From the NCBI GenBank assembly GCA_965240325.2, contig OZ251222.1:2852001-2916000 (forward strand): a stretch of 64,000 bases of DNA, written 5' to 3'. The notes under the pieces were generated by a model. It was not told the origin of the DNA. It saw only the letters and a program-made list of their open reading frames with translations, and made no database searches. Source of the stretch: Rebecca billardiae RCC1528. Its lineage: Eukaryota > Protista > Haptophyta. This document shows positions 58,706 through 64,000 of this stretch, piece after piece. Numbering within the stretch: the first letter of the stretch is position 1; each line of letters begins with the position of its first letter. The position numbers and the translations under genes are program-made.

Positions 58706-60397
58706 ATGGTCGCCTGGCGCATGCGGCTGCCTCTCGCAGTCGGCCTTGTGCTTGCCCTCTCCGTGAGTGCCCACGACTGCGCTCTCGCCCCTGCCCGAGC
58801 GCGCTGCTCGCTCCGCGCGCGCGTGTGCATGGTCGGCTCCCCGCGCAAGCGCAAGGACTTTGCGTCGGCGCGGGAGTGGCAGACTTCCCCGGACCGAAGG
58901 TGGCAGCAGCTCGAGCGCACGGACGAGATGTCGGAGGAGCGTAGGCGCGGCTCCCGTGACGACTCGCCCACCGCCCGCCGCCTGCGCCGGCGCGAGTGGT
59001 GGGCGGCGAACAATGGCAAGCCGCGCACGCGCGTGAGCCGGTGGCAGCAGCCAGGCGCCGCGGGCGGTGCTGCCGGCGATTACGACGACCCGTACGGAGA
59101 GGTGGACAGCCCGACGGGTGGCGCAATCGTCGAGAAGCTCGCCGAGCCAGACACGGCGTGGGACTCGCTCGCCGAGCCCGGCGCCGACGCGCGCACCGAC
59201 TTCTTCGCGCCGAGCACGTTTGCGGAGGCGGGCGCGTCCGAGCCGGTGGTACGCGCGCTGCACTCGCTCGGGTACGAGACGCCCTCGCACGTGCAGGCGC
59301 TCGCGTACAAGCGCGTCCTGCACGGCCACGATACACTCATCGCCGACCGCACGGGCTCGGGCAAGACGCTCGCGTACCTCGCGCCCCTCGTGCAGCGCGT
59401 GCGCGAGCAGGAGGAGGTGCGGGGCGTGCGCGGCGCGCCCAAGCAGCCGCTCGTCGTGATCATCGCGCCCACGGCGGAGCTGGCGGCGCAAGTGCTGGCG
59501 GCGGCGCGCGGGATCGCGCGCGCCGGCCTGCCGTTCCGCTCCGCCGTCATCACCGGCGACCACCCGTGGCGCACGCAGCGCGAGGCGCTCGAGGGCGGGC
59601 TCGAGGTGCTCGTGTGCACGCCCGGCCGCTTTGCGAGCCACGTGGAGGCGGGCACGCTCGAGCTGACGGGCGTGAGCACGGTCGTGCTCGACGAGGTGGA
59701 CGTGCTGCTCGAGGACGACGACTTTGCGAAGCCGTGGGAGCAGCTGCGCGCGTCCACCGCCTCGCGCGCCTCGTACATCTTCGTCACCGCCACGCTGCCC
59801 GACGTTGTCGAGACGAAGCTGCGCGCGTCGTTCCCCGAGCTCAAGCGCGTGAAGGGGCCCGGGCTGCACCGCGCCGTGCCGGGCGTGCGCCACGTGCTCG
59901 TCGAGTGCGCGGGCGCGACGGCCGAGGCCGCGCTGGAGGAGAAGCTTGGCGCGCTGAGCACCGCGCTCGCGCAGTCTGGCGGCACGCGTACCCTCGTCTT
60001 CTGCAACTCGATCGAGGAGTGCCGCGTCGTCGAGAACCACCTCGGCCGGCGCGACCGTCAGCGCGCGAGCTACCGCGTGCTGCCCTACCACGCGGCGCTC
60101 ACGCCCGGGCATCGGCGCGCGCACCTCGAGGAGTTCCGCGACTCGCGCTCGCCCGAGCACCTCGTGCTCGTCGCGACCGATCGCGCCTCGCGCGGCATCG
60201 ACTTTGCGTGCGCGCAGCACGTCGTGCTCTTCTCCTTCCCGCGGCGCGGCGACGAGTGGCTGCGCCGCGTCGGCCGCGTCGGCCGCGGCGCCTCGGGCGC
60301 GGGCGTTGTCACGTCGCTCGTGCTGCCCTACCAGGCGATGCGCGCGCGCAAGATGCTGCACAAGACGCTGGGGCAAGAGGAGCTGTGGATCGGCTGA
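58706..60397 (+). CDS. Plastid-targeted DEAD-box RNA helicase, RH50-like
   Basis: Signal/transit peptide. ADRTGSGKTLAYL, PTAELAAQV, TPGR, DEVD, VTATLP, TDRASRGID, RRVGRVGR. Confidence 0.88.
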   Translation: MVAWRMRLPLAVGLVLALSVSAHDCALAPARARCSLRARVCMVGSPRKRKDFASAREWQTSPDRRWQQLERTDEMSEERRRGSRDDSPTARRLRRREWWAANNGKPRTRVSRWQQPGAAGGAAGDYDDPYGEVDSPTGGAIVEKLAEPDTAWDSLAEPGADARTDFFAPSTFAEAGASEPVVRALHSLGYETPSHVQALAYKRVLHGHDTLIADRTGSGKTLAYLAPLVQRVREQEEVRGVRGAPKQPLVVIIAPTAELAAQVLAAARGIARAGLPFRSAVITGDHPWRTQREALEGGLEVLVCTPGRFASHVEAGTLELTGVSTVVLDEVDVLLEDDDFAKPWEQLRASTASRASYIFVTATLPDVVETKLRASFPELKRVKGPGLHRAVPGVRHVLVECAGATAEAALEEKLGALSTALAQSGGTRTLVFCNSIEECRVVENHLGRRDRQRASYRVLPYHAALTPGHRRAHLEEFRDSRSPEHLVLVATDRASRGIDFACAQHVVLFSFPRRGDEWLRRVGRVGRGASGAGVVTSLVLPYQAMRARKMLHKTLGQEELWIG

Positions 60398-60951
60398 GTG
60401 GCGTGCTCGTCAGTGCCCGTGGACCGGTCCCACCGTACTCGGGCGCTCGGTCAGCTGCGCACTCTCCGTCAGCCTCGATTACTTCGGCGGAGAGTTCGGT
60501 AATGACTCAAATGCCACGGTCAGTGCCCGGTGCCGCCAGCGGCGGCCGCGGCGGGCTGGCGGCGGACAGCTTGGCGAGACTGAGAAGCCTCCCGAATGGC
60601 ACCGTGATCGTTTCGCCCGGTGATGGCGACATGGGGAGCCAGACTGCGTTGCCGGTCCGAGGCCTCTGAGGCACTAGCGCCACGGGAGTAGCGCGTGTGC
60701 CTCCCGCCGTGCCCGTGGCGGTGGGCGTGGATTCGTGGCGAGTGCCAGTGAACATCCCTTGGTGTTCTGACAGCGGCTCCGACTTGGAGTTTCGTCATCC
60801 AGCTCTGCTGTTTTCCTTCGTCAAGAGCTCCAAAGTAACCGCCGGCAATTGCCGGCCGCCCACCGGACGGAAGCTTGCTGCCGATCGGGCTCGGCCTGCT
60901 GGAAGAGGCCTATCTCGCTGTCGCGCGCGTGCTCGACGAGGCTGGGAGACC

Positions 60952-61794
60952 ATGCAGCGCCGCAAACCGTCGTTCACGATGAGCATCGAGGAGCTGAGGG
61001 CGCTCCAGCTCACGCCGGCTCCGCAAGAGAAGGAGCCGGAGCCTTCGAACTCTTTCTGGAAATCTCCGGAAAAGAAGTCTCCGAACGCGCCGGCCAAGGC
61101 GAAGAAGTCGGGTGTGGGCACATTTCTCATGGCCGCGGTGGTCGCGGTCGCGGTGGTCGGGGCATACACGCTGCTCACCCCGGACGACGAGGCCACCGTG
61201 GTCGAGAAGGTCACGAAAATGAGCTTCTTGCGCGAGTCGGGCTCGTTTGGGCTCGTGGGCGTTGGGCCGCGGTACCGTCCTGACGCGCCGCTGTATCCTC
61301 TCAGCGTCTTCGCGGTGGGGATGTACGTCGACACGAAGGCGTACTGCGCGGATAAGACCATCGCCGACGTCGTCCCGTACAAGGGCCCACTCAGCATCGC
61401 TGACCCCGAGGACGACGAGACGGCACTCCGCGCGGTGCTCGGCTCGAGCGGCAACAAGCAGCTCGTGCTCAAGTTGTGGCGCGACGTGCCGCTCGCGCAA
61501 GTGGTGGAGGCGCTCGTGGGTGCCACGGTGGACAGCGCGCTGGTTCCCGTCCAGAAGAAGCTGCAGACTCTGACGGACGATGACTTCAAGACGGGCACGG
61601 TCGTCACGATCACGTGGCAGTTGGGCTGGGCGAGCGCGAGCCTCGCGATCGACGTGGACGGCACGCAGTTCTCGAGCGGCGGCAACGCCGCCCGCGCCCT
61701 CTTCGAGCGGCTGCTCCTCGACCCGAAGACTTCGAGCACGCGCCTCAAGCGCTCTGTGCGGATGATGACAGTGACGCTATGCGGATGGGAGTGA
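60952..61794 (+). CDS. Membrane-anchored chalcone-isomerase-fold (FAP-like) protein
   Basis: TM anchor, then GVGPR, VFAVGMYVD, KQLVLKLWRDV, GTVVTITW, ARALFERLLLDP. Confidence 0.7.
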   Translation: MQRRKPSFTMSIEELRALQLTPAPQEKEPEPSNSFWKSPEKKSPNAPAKAKKSGVGTFLMAAVVAVAVVGAYTLLTPDDEATVVEKVTKMSFLRESGSFGLVGVGPRYRPDAPLYPLSVFAVGMYVDTKAYCADKTIADVVPYKGPLSIADPEDDETALRAVLGSSGNKQLVLKLWRDVPLAQVVEALVGATVDSALVPVQKKLQTLTDDDFKTGTVVTITWQLGWASASLAIDVDGTQFSSGGNAARALFERLLLDPKTSSTRLKRSVRMMTVTLCGWE

Positions 61795-62254
61795 TCAGGT
61801 GGGGCGGAGGCGCACGTGCGACGACGTGTGATGGGACGGTCTTGGGCCGCCTGCGAGCTGCGAGCGGCCACCCGTGCTCTCCTCCCAAGGTGAAGCTGCT
61901 CTCGCCGCTCGTGGGCTATGCTCTGTATCAGCACTCCTCGCCCTCGGCCGCTCTTATCCGGGCCCTTGATCCGACATAAGCCCGAGGGCTGCAATACGGT
62001 CTGCAGAGGCTACCAGAGTCGGCGACGGGCCGTCGGGGGCCTCCTGTCGGGCTCTCTGAGACGGTGCTACTGGTAACCACATGACTCATGAATGAGTCAC
62101 CGCCACTCCGGTGCCGCACTCACTAATAATATGGCCTGGGACGGCCTGGGACGGCCGGCGCGCCACCACTCACTCATCACACCAGAACATCAGTGCTACG
62201 CGGCTGCATAATTCCGATACGCGGCTCGGCTGCTTGATAATAATATATAGCTAT

Positions 62255-62381
62255 AGAGAGAGAGAGACTAGTAAGTCAGTGAGCAGAGATGAGAGTCGAT
62301 CTGAGTGAGTGAGAGAGAGATTGTGATGAGAGAGCTAGAGAGAGAGGGAGAGAGGGAGAGAGAGTCGAGAGAGAGAGAGAG

Positions 62382-62418
<37 letters not shown>

Positions 62419-62423
62419 AGAGA
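62255..62423. repeat. Interrupted (GA)n microsatellite
   Basis: Long GA runs with interruptions. Confidence 0.9.
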
Positions 62424-63075
62424 GTTAGAATACAGTACCAGCAATTATTATTCGGATTTTAACCATGCGACGGTCTCACGCAGACCGGTACGGCGGGTAC
62501 CGGACCCGGTCGACGGTCCCGGTGTTAAATACTAAAACTGAACGTATACTCGCAGCTTATAACGCTGCGTCCATCCGCCTAACTCTTCAATCAGCAAGTC
62601 TGATCCGCGGCGGCCGGGCACGGTTCTGACGGTTCAGGCCAACTTGACAATGCTGTTGTGAATGAAACTATATGAAGTGCTGAATCACTCAGCAGGCTCG
62701 TCGTGCCCGTGTCCCTCGGGCCCGATCACGCCTGAGCCTCACGGCGGACACGGTCACGGACCCGGCCCCGAAGAATGCGGATCATCGATCACGGATCATT
62801 AGTGATAGTCAGTGCCGATTGATTACCCGCGTGAGTCGTAACTCGTATTTCGCGAAATATTTCGGCGGCCGGACGCGAGTACCGCCGCGGGAACACGGCG
62901 CGGCACGCGCGGGCCCCGCCACAGGGTCCGGGATGCCGATGATAGCCGACGACGATATACGACATGGATCCAGGTTGTGCCCGGCTAAATCGCGCGCGAC
63001 CGCGAACCGCCGCGACAGGCGAACCGGAATCGCGCGCGTCATTCACGCGTTGGCATTCGTCAGACGACTCAGACG

Positions 63076-64000
63076 TCAGGCCCAGGGCGTGGAGGAGTTG
63101 CGACCCGTCCGGGACCGGCGTCCCGCCCGCGCGAGGCGCCTGACGCCGGCTGGAGGCGTCGGACCATGACGCGCCCTGCGCAGGCACGCGCAGGCACGCG
63201 GGTGCAACTTCATCGTGCTCATTATGTTGCCGCCAAACTTAACGAAGATGGCCTCGTACGGGTCGACGCCGAGCCCGAGGCTCGCCAGCGGGCTAGCCTG
63301 CTCCCACTTCGACTTCGAGCGAGTCGGCAGGCTGTGCTGCTTGCCAACGCAGCCGCGCAGGTCCCAGCCCTGCTGCTCGCGCATCAGCGACGCAATCTGC
63401 GCGCCCTCGCCCAGCACGAGCTGCGACAGGTGGATCTCCGTCTCGTTGACTACACTGAACGAGACCAGCCGCCGCGTCCTCCTCTGGATGGAGCGCCTCT
63501 CGCCCGCGGCAAGGGAAACCTGATGTGGGCCCTCAGCAGACGGGCGCCACGTGACACAAGGCGGCGGCTGCATCGAACGGAGGCGTGGGTCCGCTCGCAT
63601 CGGAATGCCGTGTGCGTCGAAGGCGGCGTCCCGCCTTGAGCACACGCGCTCGAAGATTGCGGGCGGGAAGGGGCGACTGTGCAACGTGCTGATGTGTGCT
63701 GATGCGCCCGGGGCCTCCGCTCGCGCCGCCGAGGACACCTCGCAGATCGCGTCCTGCGGCCACGCGCGCATCAGCACCTCCACGTGGCGCCTCGAGGAGG
63801 CGAGCATGTGGGACTGCACGTGCGCGTTATGCTGCAACGAGAGCGAGGCACCGACCAGAGCCACGTTGCCTGGCCCGTCCAGCCGGCTCGCGAAGGGCGC
63901 GAGCCACAGCGGGCCGTCTCGCTGCTCCGACAGCCACCCGCCAAAAGCGTTCGGGCATCGCTCCAGCGCGTCCGCGCGCACGTAGGGCCCACGTGTGCCA
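63076..64000 (-). CDS. Partial uncharacterised algal protein (RGP...HVQS...E...P.E.IF.K pattern, possibly glycan-synthesis related)
   Basis: Frame open to the window end: GTRGPY...VALVG...AHVQSHML...ETEIHLSQLVLGEG.QIASL...DPYEAIFVKF. Confidence 0.55.
   Translation of the reverse strand, partial: GTRGPYVRADALERCPNAFGGWLSEQRDGPLWLAPFASRLDGPGNVALVGASLSLQHNAHVQSHMLASSRRHVEVLMRAWPQDAICEVSSAARAEAPGASAHISTLHSRPFPPAIFERVCSRRDAAFDAHGIPMRADPRLRSMQPPPCVTWRPSAEGPHQVSLAAGERRSIQRRTRRLVSFSVVNETEIHLSQLVLGEGAQIASLMREQQGWDLRGCVGKQHSLPTRSKSKWEQASPLASLGLGVDPYEAIFVKFGGNIMSTMKLHPRACACLRRARHGPTPPAGVRRLARAGRRSRTGRNSSTPWA

Noticed and set aside
62846-62859. Palindrome TATTTCGCGAAATA as a TF site
   Set aside because: Single occurrence with no supported adjacent gene start.

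Overview
Very GC-rich, gene-dense eukaryotic nuclear DNA with short spliceosomal introns (mostly GTGCG...GCAG, one GC-AG) and bipartite plastid-type presequences. It is most consistent with a haptophyte such as Pavlovales/Diacronema; this is inferred from composition and gene content, not from a database search. About 22 protein genes are supportable: a double-UBA adaptor, hybrid His kinase, TM-LRR protein, TPT-family transporter, CBS-NhaD antiporter, PA-7TM-TIR-like receptor, GPR155/LYCHOS-like protein, HAAO, GT-A glycosyltransferase, PtpB-like phosphatase, COG6, NDUFB4-like, a ~2430-aa Ala-rich protein, RanBP9/10, PDI-like, MFS, atypical eIF4E, cNMP-dependent kinase, RH50-like helicase, CHI-fold protein and two unknowns. 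An accessory zone (about 15-24.5 kb) holds a 3.1-kb foldback element and a 1.27-kb TIR element, and these flank the best novelty candidate: a signal peptide-PA-7TM receptor fused to a TIR/HET-like (R-x-W-C-x-x-E) effector domain. Other highlights are a DEP-less LYCHOS homolog head-to-head with HAAO, an apparently cap-dead eIF4E, a CP12-like CX8C loop in a CBS-NhaD fusion, and an intron length/phase pattern (all 9 phase-0 introns are 3n; none of 17 is 3n+2). No rRNA, tRNA or CRISPR was seen. All domain calls come from motif recognition by eye.
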